From Geosiphon pyriformis uo1 (Eukaryota; Fungi; Glomeromycota), in contig JAAOMT010000571.1 of assembly GCA_016748015.1 (NCBI GenBank), positions 408,582 to 472,581 on the forward strand: a DNA stretch of 64,000 nucleotides, given 5' to 3'. Of the stretch, positions 11,125 through 23,753 are shown in pieces (position 1 is the stretch's first letter; each line of letters begins with the position of its first letter). Both the position numbers and the translations under genes were made by a program. The notes under the pieces were generated by a model that was not told the DNA's origin, ran no database searches, and was given only the letters and a program-made list of their open reading frames with translations.

Positions 11125-12984
11125 TTGAAACTTTAAAAAAATTTTCTGTTTGTCTTTAAAATCTTATGATGGGACAAAAAATTTAAAAAATCTTTTTTAA
11201 AAATGTACAAAGTTGGCTAGGGGAAAATAATTTGGTATGGATATAAAAACTCCGAAATTTGCCTTAATATTATATAATTCAAAAAGTGATGCGCCAAACA
11301 CCAAATAGATTTTATGATTGGTTAAGGATCTACTCAGGTCTTTAAGCAATAAGGAATAAACTGAATATTTTAATAAATAAAGCAAATGTTCAAAAAAAAA
11401 AAAATTTTATGAATATATTATTAAAATTCTATACACAAAAATAAGCCCTCAAGTTAAAACTTATATTCTGTTTGCTTAAAATTAAAATTGTGTTTTCAAA
11501 AAGAATTGAGAAATAAATAACTGAAAATCTCACTTTTTTCTTTTAATTATTATAACTTTTGTATTTGAAAAATTTGACTATATGATGAAATATAATCCAT
11601 TACAAAGCTTGATTCTTTTGAATATTATTCCACAAAAAATTAATTTCTATAAAGTAATAATAAAACTATATAATTTATTATTATTTGAAAAATTTAAAAA
11701 TTAAATTTATTAATTGATTAATTTTTTAATTAATTAAAAATTTGCCAATTATTTGAATTAGAAAAATATTTATTATTAAAATAAAACTTAAAAATTTAAA
11801 TATAAATATTTGAGAATGAAAAATTTAAAAAACAATATTTTTTTTAATTAAATTACATTTTAAAAATTAATAAAAACAAAATTATTTATAATTGGGTTAA
11901 ATATTTACCAATTTTTATAAAATGTATTTGTTTTAAGATTCGAAAAAATATTTTCAAAAACAAAAACTTTACAGAAAATTATTTAATTTTATAATTTGAA
12001 TTTAAATTTGAATTATATTAGTAAAAGATTTTATAATTAAGAGTAAAAACATTAATAATAATTAATATTTTACTTGATTATTTATTTAATTTAACTAAAG
12101 TTTCAAAATTAATCTTAAATTTTAGGTCAAAACTTAAATTAGAGTGTTATTTTTAATTTAAAACTATACAAATTAACAAATTCAAATTCAAAAAATAAAT
12201 AAATGACAAAATTAAAATATATTTACAAAATTCAGACATAAGAGATAAATTTTGAAGAACAACAATAAGCTAGCCAATAATTTCATAATTCAATATTAAA
12301 AGTACTTCAAAAAAAACTTTTTCATAATATTTGGCGAACTTTGTAAATAAAACAATTGAGCAAATGTATTAAAAACTTAAAAGGATGCTTATGTTCCATA
12401 GTCAATTTAATTAGAATTTTAGAAAAGATATTCTAGTTTTTCTCAAAGCTATACAATCACAATAGGAATAAGCCAGCTGTTTTTATATCTGCTGTTTTCC
12501 ATCTAATCAGCATAGTTATTTCGATCATTCAACAAAAAATTTACTTGCCAATTTATGAAAAAGAACTTTGGGTCACCGTTCGGCAATTATCACATAAAAT
12601 ATGTTATTCACAAATTTTTTTATTAAGAAGAGTCGCAAAATAAGCTTTCATCTTGGGATCATGGAACCTGTATGAGGCCAAAAGGTTAAAATTTTTGATA
12701 ATGGTAAATTCCTAAATGCATTGTGGCTACAAAGTTAGCTCTTCAATTGCGACAATATGAAAACCTTTTTTTGAATTTTGATAGTTAAGGAACTTCAAGA
12801 TTTAAATAGCTATTGATAAAATAAATATTGTTAATAATTTCAAGATTTTCTATATCTAAATTAAATTGATATTTTTGTCTCAAGATTTTAATTAAGTACA
12901 AGGAACATGAAAAAAATGCAAATAATTATTGTCATGATTGTCCTATATATTTCTATGTTACCAAAATGTTTCTTTTGAATCCAA

Positions 12985-13884
12985 TTAGTGGTTGAAATTT
13001 CCATTGTAATTTCCGTTAAACCAACCTACATTGTCGTTTCCATTACCGTTACCATTGAATGAACCATCATTGTAATTTCCGTTGGAATTTCCATTTAACG
13101 ATCCTTGGTTGTTGTTTCCATTACCGTTGCCATTGAATGAACCATTGTTTCCGTTGCCATTATTGTTACCATTCCCACTACCACGTTTATGGTTGAGATT
13201 TCCATTGTAATTTCCGTTAAACCAACCTACATTGTCGTTTCCATTACCGTTACCATTGAATGAACCATCATTGTAATTTCCGTTGGAATTTCCATTTAAC
13301 GATCCTTGGTTGTTGTTTCCATTACCGTTGCCATTGAATGAACCATTGTTTCCGTTGCCATTATTGTTACCATTCCCACTACCACGTTTATGGTTGAAAT
13401 TTCCATTGTAATTTCCGTTAAACCAACCTACATTGTCGTTTCCATTACCGTTACCATTGAATGAACCATCATTGTAATTTCCGTTGGAATTTCCATTTAA
13501 CGATCCTTGGTTGTTGTTTCCATTACCGTTGCCATTGAATGAACCATTGTTTCCGTTGCCATTATTGTTACCATTTCCACTACCACGTTTATGGTTGAAA
13601 TTTCCATTGTAATTTCCGTTAAACCAACCTACATTGTCGTTTCCATTACCGTTACCATTGAATGAACCATCATTGTAATTTCCGTTGGAATTTCCATTTA
13701 ACGATCCTTGGTTGTTGTTTCCATTACCGTTGCCATTGAATGAACCATTGTTTCCGTTGCCATTATTATTACCATTTCCACTACCACGTTTATCGTTGAC
13801 ATTTGTATCAGCATTGGCAGAAAGAACAAAAGAAATAAGAGCGGCATATGCCAAAGCAGATAAAGCGATGAATTTTGGTGCCAT
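12985..13884 (-). CDS. Secreted Kex2-processed repeat protein (KEP-2), paralog of KEP-1
   Basis: Signal peptide MAPKFIALSALAYAALISFVLSANA, pro-piece ending DKR, four near-identical 65-aa Asn/Gly units separated by KR (201-bp period; 33+3x67+65=299 aa). Confidence 0.92.
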   Translation of the reverse strand: MAPKFIALSALAYAALISFVLSANADTNVNDKRGSGNGNNNGNGNNGSFNGNGNGNNNQGSLNGNSNGNYNDGSFNGNGNGNDNVGWFNGNYNGNFNHKRGSGNGNNNGNGNNGSFNGNGNGNNNQGSLNGNSNGNYNDGSFNGNGNGNDNVGWFNGNYNGNFNHKRGSGNGNNNGNGNNGSFNGNGNGNNNQGSLNGNSNGNYNDGSFNGNGNGNDNVGWFNGNYNGNLNHKRGSGNGNNNGNGNNGSFNGNGNGNNNQGSLNGNSNGNYNDGSFNGNGNGNDNVGWFNGNYNGNFNH

Positions 13885-14053
13885 TTTTGAAATGAAATTA
13901 TAAAGATCTAAAAGTTGGGATTAAAAATTGGAAGCTTTAAAACGGATTCTTTCTTTGTATTGTGGAAATAATTTGATGAGATCAAATTTGCTAAACTTGT
14001 TGGATAGAAGACTTGGGATTTGAAGCAATGACCTTTTCTGAAGCCCTCCCCAT

Positions 14054-14064
14054 CTTTTTATATA
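14054..14064 (-). promoter_or_regulatory. TATA box of KEP-2
   Basis: TATATAAAAAG on minus strand ~170 bp upstream of the ATG. Confidence 0.5.
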
Positions 14065-14929
14065 TTATTCTCCTCGGCAAAGTCACGCTGTTTTCAATTT
14101 TCTTTCTTTCTTTTTTCTTTCTTTTGTTTGTCTTTGACCTCTCATAGAGACTCTATGAGAGTCTCATAAAAGCTAAGACTCATGAGAGCTAATTGATGGA
14201 TTTTTCTATTTGTTGATTTTTAACATATTGTTCATGCGAATCTATGAGAGCATGTAATAATGCACTGCCATCTTGATTTATAAATAAGAAAAAGAAAAAT
14301 ATCAATTGTAAGGAGTTTTGAATTAATTTGTTTTTCGATTATCAGATTCATCCGCCACAATTTTTCAGTTTTTATGACGGCCAACTGGCTGTGTAATTCC
14401 TGTTAATTGAGAAATACATGTTTAAATAAACCTACCCCTATTTCTAATAGTTTCTTTTAAAAATGACAAATTGTTACCTTGTATTATTTTTAGAAAATAC
14501 ATGTAATTTATCCCAAATAAAGGTTTACAAGAAAAGTTTGAATTAACATAACTAAGCTGAATTATTCTATGGGCTATAGTAATTTTGATCTTAAAAAATA
14601 TCGTTTTAACTTTGGTTGGATAGGTGAAACCCCAATAAAGATTTTCGGATTTCACCCCGCAAAGGTTATGATCAATCAATCTATATTTGTATCAAATATT
14701 GAACAATCAATCAAGTATTAGGTTTGTGTGTCTCTCTATGCTACTTTTTTAATGCAGCTAGAGTCAAAATTTGTATGTCAGCACAGTAAATTTATGAATA
14801 ATTTTTTTAAAAACAAAAATTGCTTCTCTCGTTTTCTAAAAATAATTATTACGATATTTGTCATTTCAAATTGATATTACTTTCTGAGATGGTGCTCTAT
14901 AAAAACACATAAATAATAGACAAGGATTG

Positions 14930-15480
14930 CCTATTATTTCCTGTATGGTCAAGGCTTTATCAACCAATGCCCCGAGAAAAGATCCCCGAGCGCTATTTTC
15001 ATCTCTATCTATCATAATCCAACAATTCCGGCAATTGTACACTTCGGACCCTCCGATTCTTTGATGTTAACACATTAAATACAAGTCTTAGATGTATAAG
15101 CTTGTTCTGGATAATAAGACGAACCCCTAATTCCTCGGCCTTGCTGATCAGGCGTTGTCGAAAGCGATAATGCGCCCAACAAAGTATTTTCCGAAAAGTT
15201 TTTCGTGTAATCTTTCTTGTCTTAGGATTCATATATCTGACACTTCAAAAGGAGGAATGATAATGGCATCGAATTCACGGGTAAAGAATCTAACTGATTT
15301 CTTTTGAATTTTCACTTTTTAGACGTATAAATTTTTACCGCATTCGAAAAATCGCTTTATCAAGTCCCCAGGCTATTTTATTCTTATGTTTTGAGGAGGA
15401 TGCTAATAGATTATCCTTTTCGCAAATGAGATCATCCAAGTACTTGTAAATGCGAACTATAGAATGTTCGCCAATCTTGT
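14930..15480 (-). pseudogene. Fanzor2/IS607 TnpB-like RuvC nuclease remnant (copy A)
   Basis: Frameshift-corrected reading: YLDDLI..FDAIIIPPFEVSD..RKITRKT..CWAHYRFRQRLISKAEELGV..(E)AYTSKTC.*C..GGSEVYNCRNC..IDRDENSARG. Contains stops and frameshifts. Confidence 0.85.
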
Positions 15481-18149
15481 CTACATCTGAAATTGATATA
15501 TCGCTGAGGAGAAAGGAGTTGATTTGTCGCCTGAGGTTCTATTTTTGCTTCAGCATTCTGAGAGGTTAGCTCAAGAAAGAGGGAGGGTAAGAGAAAAGGG
15601 TGGTGTATTTATGTTCACAATTTTGAAACTGATATTACCAACATTTTATCGATAAACATTCTTAAGCAAATCTTTCATCAGTGAAATTTACAAAATAGCT
15701 AAAATTTCAAGTTTTAATTGAATATTCCCATTGAATTCTAAAAGAATTGACAAGAAGCCATAAAGCATAATAGTTTGAATTTATTAAATTCAAGATTTTT
15801 TCATCTTATTCTTAACTAATGAATTTAAGAAAATAACACCTTCCCAAGCATATCGGGAATTCTTTAATATTGTAATTTCTTAATGTCTTGGATTTGATAC
15901 TGTCATATCTATATCACAAATTAATTATTTTTTAAAAGCTTGATGACGAAAAATTGTGCTAATTTTTGAATTTAAATATAAAAAATCTATTATTTTTATC
16001 TTTCATCAGAATATAATGTCTATTGCCTAAAAAAACATTTCAATCGAATAATTTGTAAACAGGATCATTTTCCTCTGTTCCAAAATGTAATACGATTTCA
16101 AAACATAAAATGAGAAATAAAAAACTTTCAAGTTTAAGTAAAATTATATGGAATTTTTTGTCTATTATGAAACTAAAAAATTTTAAATATTTACTTTTCA
16201 ACATGTTTAAAACAATTAAATTTGAATTTCTGTGCTAATTAAAAAGAAAATACCATATTTAATCAATTATTTTTTATATTGTTATTTGATTTATTAGAAA
16301 TGTTTTAAACTATTTTAATGGTTTACTTATTAATTATTAATACAAAACATACTAAACAAACCATATTTTAAACTATTTATTTTTATTACTAACATTATAA
16401 AACTATTTTGCTGTTAATATTTATTTATTTATTTATTTTAAATCAATGTTAATTTTATATCATTTTTTTCTCTTTTTTGATTTGTATTTTTGTTAGAATT
16501 AGCTTAAAAAGTAAGATATTTACTTTTCTAATTCATTGAATAAAAAATTGTTAAAAATCTGGTATTAAATTTTAAAAATATTAATTAAAACATAAATTAT
16601 AATAGCTGTGTTATTGAAATTGATTACATTAATTAAATTACTTACACATTCAATTTGTTTTCTGGTTAATATTTCTTTATATTGCTCTTAGTTATTTTCT
16701 TTAAAAATATTTCTTAGTGTATTAATTTCATTTATAATAATATATCAAAGACATTATTTGTATAAATTAAAATTATTATTATTTATAATAAACTATTTAA
16801 AATATATTGTTAATTAATAAAAAAATAAATAAATAAATAAAATGTTAAATTGTATTGAAATTTACAATATAATTATAAAATTATAAAATATTAATAAAAA
16901 CTTTTATGTTAAAGTGTGACTTCAATTATTTTTAATAAACAAACTTTTTTTAAATTTTAATTATGTTTAATAAATCAATTTACAGCTTTCTATACATATT
17001 AATCATAATTTAATTGAATGTATTTACAAAATTAAAATATACTGTATATAAAAAAATTGATTTTTGATTTCTAAAAGATATAGAAATACAAGTTTTCTGA
17101 TTTTCTGGTATGAAATTAAAATAGTTCAAAAAAGTTTACAGAAAAGTCATTGATGATGAGCCTAAACAGGTTCCGAAATCAGTATATTTAATGAAAAATA
17201 GTAAATATTTTCTGTTGCCGATCAACATTTAAGTTCGATCAATACTCCAATCTAAATTTGGCTGTGGCATTTGTCATTAATATTTCCTGTTCAGGTTTGA
17301 TTGATGGTGATGAAAAATTACATTCCTCAACATAAATAACTACAAATAGATTCGTTTAAAAGCTCATCAAAATTTGAATATAATATTCTTATAAACTTTT
17401 TTATTTAAATTTTAAAATTTTTTATTAGTATTAGAATATTTATAGTATTAAATCTTTGAATTAATTATTTTTAAATTTAGATATAATATTCAGTTTAAAA
17501 ACAAAATAGACAATTAGTAAATTATATATAAATTCAATCTATATATATAATTCAGGTTTTTTAAATATAATCACCAAAAAAATTTTCAATTTCAAAATTA
17601 AACATAAAATTTTTGAATTTTATTATTAAACAAATATTAGATATTTGTTCTTTTTACGAAAATAATACTAAAAATAACCACAAAATGATAAATATAACTT
17701 TTGTGCTTTTAAAAGTATTCAAAAGCTTTTTTATTTGTTTATCATATTTCGATAAAAATAAAAAAAATTTATGATTAAAAAAATTGTCCTTTTTTAAAAA
17801 CAATTTGTTTTAAATTCTGCTTTAATAATAATTTCAAATTTTTTGCAATTTTATTTTCAAAGGTGAAACTACTTTTATATTTATTAATTTGGCTGAAAGC
17901 TAATTTCAAAATATTTTTCTTGTAAGTACGCTGAATAAAAATGAGATATTTTTGAGGTTCAATTATTTACTTTCTTTCCATAATGAAGAGATCGATTATA
18001 GAAAAATACAAAAGTGTAGTCTTATCAACATTAGAAAATATACAGAAAGAGAGAGAGAGAGAATGGTACACCTGCAGTCACTCAGCATTACAAAGACAGA
18101 ATGTTAGATTGTTTAATACCAAATTTGAATACTCATCATTCCTAAGTAA

Positions 18150-18870
18150 TATTACTATTACTGTATGAGAATTAAGGCGCCGTCAAGCAATTCCCGGAAG
18201 AAAATCCCCAAATGGTCTTTATGTTACCACATCAGCTACAAGTCTTTAATATATAGGCCTCATTTTGGATGACAACACGTACTCCTAACTGTTAAGATGT
18301 TGAAGAGCGTTTCTCCGACAGTCTTCCGCATAATTTTTCTCGCCTTACGAATTGTCATGCCTGACACATAAAACGGCGGGATGATAATTTCATTAAATTT
18401 GCGAGTGAAGAAACGATCGCTTTTCTGTGGATTTCATTCTCCAGCCGCACGATCCTTCGTCGTATGTATGAGACTTGTTTTTTGAGTCCCGGGCCCTGTG
18501 TTCTTACGCTTTGAGTTAGAGACAGCCAGTTTAGCTTTTTCGAAATGAGATCATCCATATAATTGCACAGGCGAACAATTTGTCTGATGTCACAGAGGGT
18601 GAATGCCACGTGGAGTATGCAAACGCCAGGATCAATAAAGCCTCCATGAATGAAGCTGTATGATTTGGTTTCGTAGACTTATCTTTGCGTCTCATAGACC
18701 CAGGATAATGTCCATTCGAGAATATGTAAGCTTGCCGTCAGATTTAATCCTCTATGGATAGGGCCACTGTTCTTAGTTCGAACTGGAAAGGCCACAGCAC
18801 GTGTTTATCCTTATTATTTATAAAATGTCGTCGATGTGCACAGGTATATTTTGAGCGCGAAATCGTAATA
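18150..18870 (-). pseudogene. Fanzor2/IS607 TnpB-like remnant (copy B)
   Basis: RuvC-I IDPGV, IVRLCNYMDDLISK, RRRIVRLENEIHRKA, LGVRVVIQNEAYILKTCS*CGN, GIFFRELLDGAL. Internal deletions. Confidence 0.75.
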
Positions 18871-19448
18871 GTGTGATACAATGAGTTTCATGCTTTAATA
18901 ATTTCTGTCAGTTAGACCATTTCTTCCTTTAATAAAAGGTCACACTATCCAAATTAGGAACACATTTTTGCTAAAACTTGAGTTGACATGTAAATACCGG
19001 AAAATTTTATCAGACTTATTTTTTTAACGGTTGAACTTCGAACAAAGGGGTTTGGCGTTTTATTTCTTGGGTAATGAGTATTAAAAAAAAAGAAATATGA
19101 TAGAAGCGCGCAAAAAAAAACTGTACAAAAGAGAAAATTAATAAAGGAAACGATTTTTTTCACTTCTTGATCCTATACTGTCTGGAAAATTGAATTTATG
19201 AAACGAGGATATGTGCAAGGTTTGGGGTGTTAACCAAGAAATTTACATAAGGAAAAGGAGCACATAGTAAGATCGAATCTTACAAACATGTAAACAAGAA
19301 ATTATTCAACCGCGACTATGAACATTAATAAAATGGATCAAGAATCACATTCCAGCCGCCGCCTATCAATACCAAGTTGGAAGACTGGTGTTGCCGCAAG
19401 TAAAAATATTTTGTGTCCCGGAATTACGAGAAAAATGACCAAAACAAC

Positions 19449-22400
19449 TTAAATGTATAATCTTTTCACATCGTTGGTTCCAAATGCCTCACCACACTTT
19501 CCACATTTACGTTGACGAGTCTCTATCCGTGCATTAACACATTCTGCGCAAAAAACGTGCCCACATTTCACTATACAAGTATCAATCAAACGATCGCAGC
19601 AAACTCGGCACTTTACCATGTCCTTTAAATATTAAAAAATTAAAAAAATTGCTAATTTTTGAAAATTAAGGAACCAATTTTCCATCTTACCTTATATATT
19701 TGTTCAAGTTCTGATCCTGCAGCTTTGCTGCCTCCTGAAGATTGTCTCAGTTGTAAATCTTCCAGCCTTTTCTTATATACGCTCATTTCTTCTTGCGCTT
19801 TCCTTTTTAAATAGACCTCATTTTCAATTGCTCCAATCTTTTCTTTGTATTGATAAACAAGCTGTTGTGGCAATTACAAAATTTTTGCGGTGGGTCAGTA
19901 TATTGATATAGAATAGAAAGAGAATCGCAAGTTAAAGTAATGAAATTTACGTCGTTGTATTTGTTTTCATATTTAGTGAGCTTTTCTCGTAATGCACCGT
20001 TGTCCTGCATGCACTCTGTCAATTTCAGTTTGTGCGTTTGTATTACCGTAACGGCAGTCGCAGTTTCTTTCTCCAAATTAGCCTAAAAGAATAAAATTTA
20101 TCGCATTTAAATTAAAAGATTTGAAATTTTGTAAAAATTACTACTAACCAGTTGCTGATGAAGGTTTTTGATTTGATAATCCTGTTGTCGGATCGTTTCT
20201 TCCATTTTTAATCGCAGGGCAGCGTAATCTTTATTTTGTTGTTCGATAGAAGCAAATTTGTTAGTCAAGGCTTGACATTTTTGCTCCGCTTTCGATTTCT
20301 ATATCAATTTTATCGAAGAAGTGAATATTAAGCTTTTGGTTGCTACAAAGCTTAAAAAAAGCAATTTACGGACCTAATTAGCACATACCATTTCGGCTAG
20401 CCTCAATAACTCATTCTCATGCTTGATTATATCAAACATTTGCTGATTGGCCTTTTCATCAAGTTGCTGCATTGCTTTATCAAGCTCGGTAATTTCTCGT
20501 ACTTGTGTCATCTCTCGCTATTATTGAAAATTTATGTTATATCTTATTTAGGAAGAATAAGTTACATTATCAAAGATAAATTTCTTTACATGTTTTATTA
20601 CAGCAACTTCGTGAACCAATTCTGTTATTCGTTTATCTTTTTCTTCAATTTTCGCTGAAAGAATATGTAAAGGATCGTCTCCAGGATCACGAATTCCGTA
20701 TTTTTCGTCGTATTCATCTAAACGCCGCTTCAAAATATCAATTTCTTTCCGAAGATTTCGTTTAGAGACTAAAAGCTCTTGAGTCTGTTTTATCTCTTGT
20801 GGTGCATCTTTGTACGCCTCAAGTTTAATTCTCAGTTCAATATTTTGTTCCTCTGCTTTTCTGTTCAAAAGAAACTTTCAAATTAATGACCGTTTCTATA
20901 AATACAATAGCCCAATGAAGTTGAATTAATTTTTTACTGCTTGCCTTAATTTTCCTCTCAAGTCAGCGACCAAAGACATATTATATTTAAGCTCAATAAC
21001 ATCCGTATCATCGTTCGGCTCTTTCTCAATCGTATAATATTCAAAACTTTCCATGTCTCTACATTCATATGCAGCCCTTGCATTCTCAAGTCGGATCTCA
21101 TCCATTATGCGTCTTAATTGTGATTTTCGTCCATTTGCAAGTCGCCTTAGGGCAGGTATCTGCTGAAATCCGGGGCTATTTCGAGCTTTCGCTATGTCAG
21201 CCTCATGTATTGCAGCATCTCGTAATGCCCGAACTCGATTTAAGTCGGCTTCAATCATATGCATTTCCTTCGTAATTTCCAGTATTCTTTGATTTGCCTC
21301 TTTCTTTTTTCAAAAATTTTTGATGTTAAGATATGTTTTTAAAGAATAAGAAGATAATATAAATATTATTTTAGAACCTCGACTTGTTCTTGGAAAGCCC
21401 TACGATTTGCTTTCATGTCTTCCAAATCCCGCGTCAAGCTTTCAATAATGCAATTATAATGTTCAACCTTATCCTTCAGTTGCTTACATTCTGTATCCAA
21501 AAGCTTGTAGGTATGACTCTCAGTAATCCGATGTTCAGGAATGCTTTGATACTTGATTAATGAAACGAGAAATTAGATTAGATATTAATATAATTAAAGA
21601 GTAAAACATAGTGTACATACTTTCTGACTAGCCAAGAGGCTAATATAAAAATCTTTGAGATATTAGATATACCTTGATCCGATAATCTTCTAATTCTTGT
21701 TTTAATTTAATAATTTCGTCTTTTTGTCTTTCCATTTCCTTTCCACGGGCTTCATATAGTCGGTCTACTTCATTGTCGACTATAGAAGACTAAAATTTAA
21801 AAGAAAAGTGAATCAAAGAAAAACGAGCAGAAGCAAATATGTTTTAATACATACCCGTTCAGGCGACTCGACACGGTCAATTTGCGATATCGTTTCCGTT
21901 GAACTAGTAACATCATGATGCCAAAATCCGAGCGTAGGACATCGACTTCGATCAAACCTTTTTTCTGCTTTTTCAAGTTCGCTTTTAGTATCATCTAATT
22001 TTTCCTGAGTTGCCTCCAAGAGATTTTTCGTCTTTTGAAGTTGATTCCTTAGTGTTGTCACCTAATATAGTGAAATCGTCACCGTTAATCATAAAACCCA
22101 CGAAATAAATCCAAATCTTGGGTAAAAAAAAAATTAATAATGGAAATAGATGGAGTTACAAACTTCATCATACAAAGAGGAATAATCCGCCTTTAAAATT
22201 TCCAATTGTTTTTCCTGGTCTGCGTTGATACGATTAATTTCTTCATATTCTTTTTTGAGCACTTTAAGAATTCGATTCTCTCGAATTGCTGGTTCTTGTT
22301 CAACTTGGAGAAATTTTATAAATGAATTCCTTTCTTCAAACCAAACTATAATTTTTTCCAACAATGTTTTGACAACTTCACGTGTAAACAAGCATTTTTG

Positions 22401-23257
22401 TTTAATTTCTTGCTTCAGGTGCTCACTCGAAAGTTCATCAGACTGATTTAAGCGTACGAGGAAATTTGATTCGCGGATTCTGGCTAGTAATTGCCATAAT
22501 AATAACATTGATTAGCCAGGAATTGGATGCTAAAAAATATCGGTGAATTATATTCACGAAAAACTAATGAAGAAAAATCAAATTTCAAAAAATTCTGAGA
22601 TTCAAGTACCAGAATTTAGTGTTATTTTCGATAAACTTCCGTCATGATCAGCCCTCATTATTATCAGTCGTAGATCACTCAGTAGCTAAAAAGGTGTGAT
22701 TAATAATTTATAATATTTGTTTGGTGGAAAAAAATGGTTGGAAAAAACTTACTTGGTCCCAGTACTTATTGATGAGCCCAAGATGGTCATGGAGCATATC
22801 CTGATTATTTTCTAGCTTTTCCTTGAGACGCCCAAGTCTGTCAGCCTCACGTTTGTATTCATGCATCCGGCGTAGAACGGCTTCTTTTTGATAAGCCTTT
22901 CATATTAATTGGGTACAAAACATGAGACAGTTTTCGAATGACTTGTTGATAAAATTTAGCAAAATTTTTTTCCAAAAAAAATTATTTCTCAATTTATCAT
23001 AAGGTTTATCTGTTAAGTTTTAGGAGGACCTTTTAAAATATTTATCTGCACGAACATTTTTAAAGCAATACCTCAAGCGTCTCAGGTTTACCGACGTCAA
23101 CTTTTCCAGCCTCGTTCAAGTGAGTATTCATCGAGTTAGATATAATCGCCATGTTTACTGAGGAAATGTTTTGTGAATTTCCTAGAAATGGCCGCTTTGA
23201 GGGTGGGCTATTGTCTCGAGGACTCGCCGGTCTTGTTGAAGGAACTCTTTTCTCCAT
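19449..23257 (-). CDS. BRE1: E3 ubiquitin ligase Bre1 (multi-exon)
   Basis: Long coiled-coil exons and C-terminal RING KCRVCCDRLIDTCIVKCGHVFCAECVNARIETRQRKCGKCGEAFGTNDVKRLYI*. Confidence 0.88.
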
Positions 23258-23753
23258 CGTAGAGGCAACTTTTATTTCGAAAGTTAATGAGCCAAGTGGT
23301 TTATTGAATTTGAGGTGTCTAACATGAATCTATGATATATCAACTATAACTGATATTATGATTGGATCACTACATGTAACGGATTACACTTGTAATTACT
23401 CTAATGAGGTCACATGATAACTAAATTTCGTGACTTATTTGATAAAAACAATATAATTTCCAAATTGAATTAATGCAGAGTTTTAAATAAATTTATTACA
23501 CTTATTTATAAATTTTTTAAATTTATATAGTTTTCAATACTTTTTATGGTAAAGTTTTAGTAATGAACACTATACTTTAGCAAAACAAATATTTTGTGTT
23601 TAAGCCCTTTGATTAGAGCGATAAATCTTTTGAGCTACATGCATAAGGCATTGACAATCCCTGTTAGCTGATTAAATGATAAACCGTTAATATTTTTTAA
23701 AAAAAATTCCAAGTTTATACATATACTCTTTTCCGTTCCCTTTACCTCGAATT

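Noticed and set aside
7717-13884. CRISPR-like array or dikaritin RiPP cluster
   Set aside because: Repeats are coding with no unique spacers; no DUF3328/UstY oxidase or other tailoring enzyme is visible in the window
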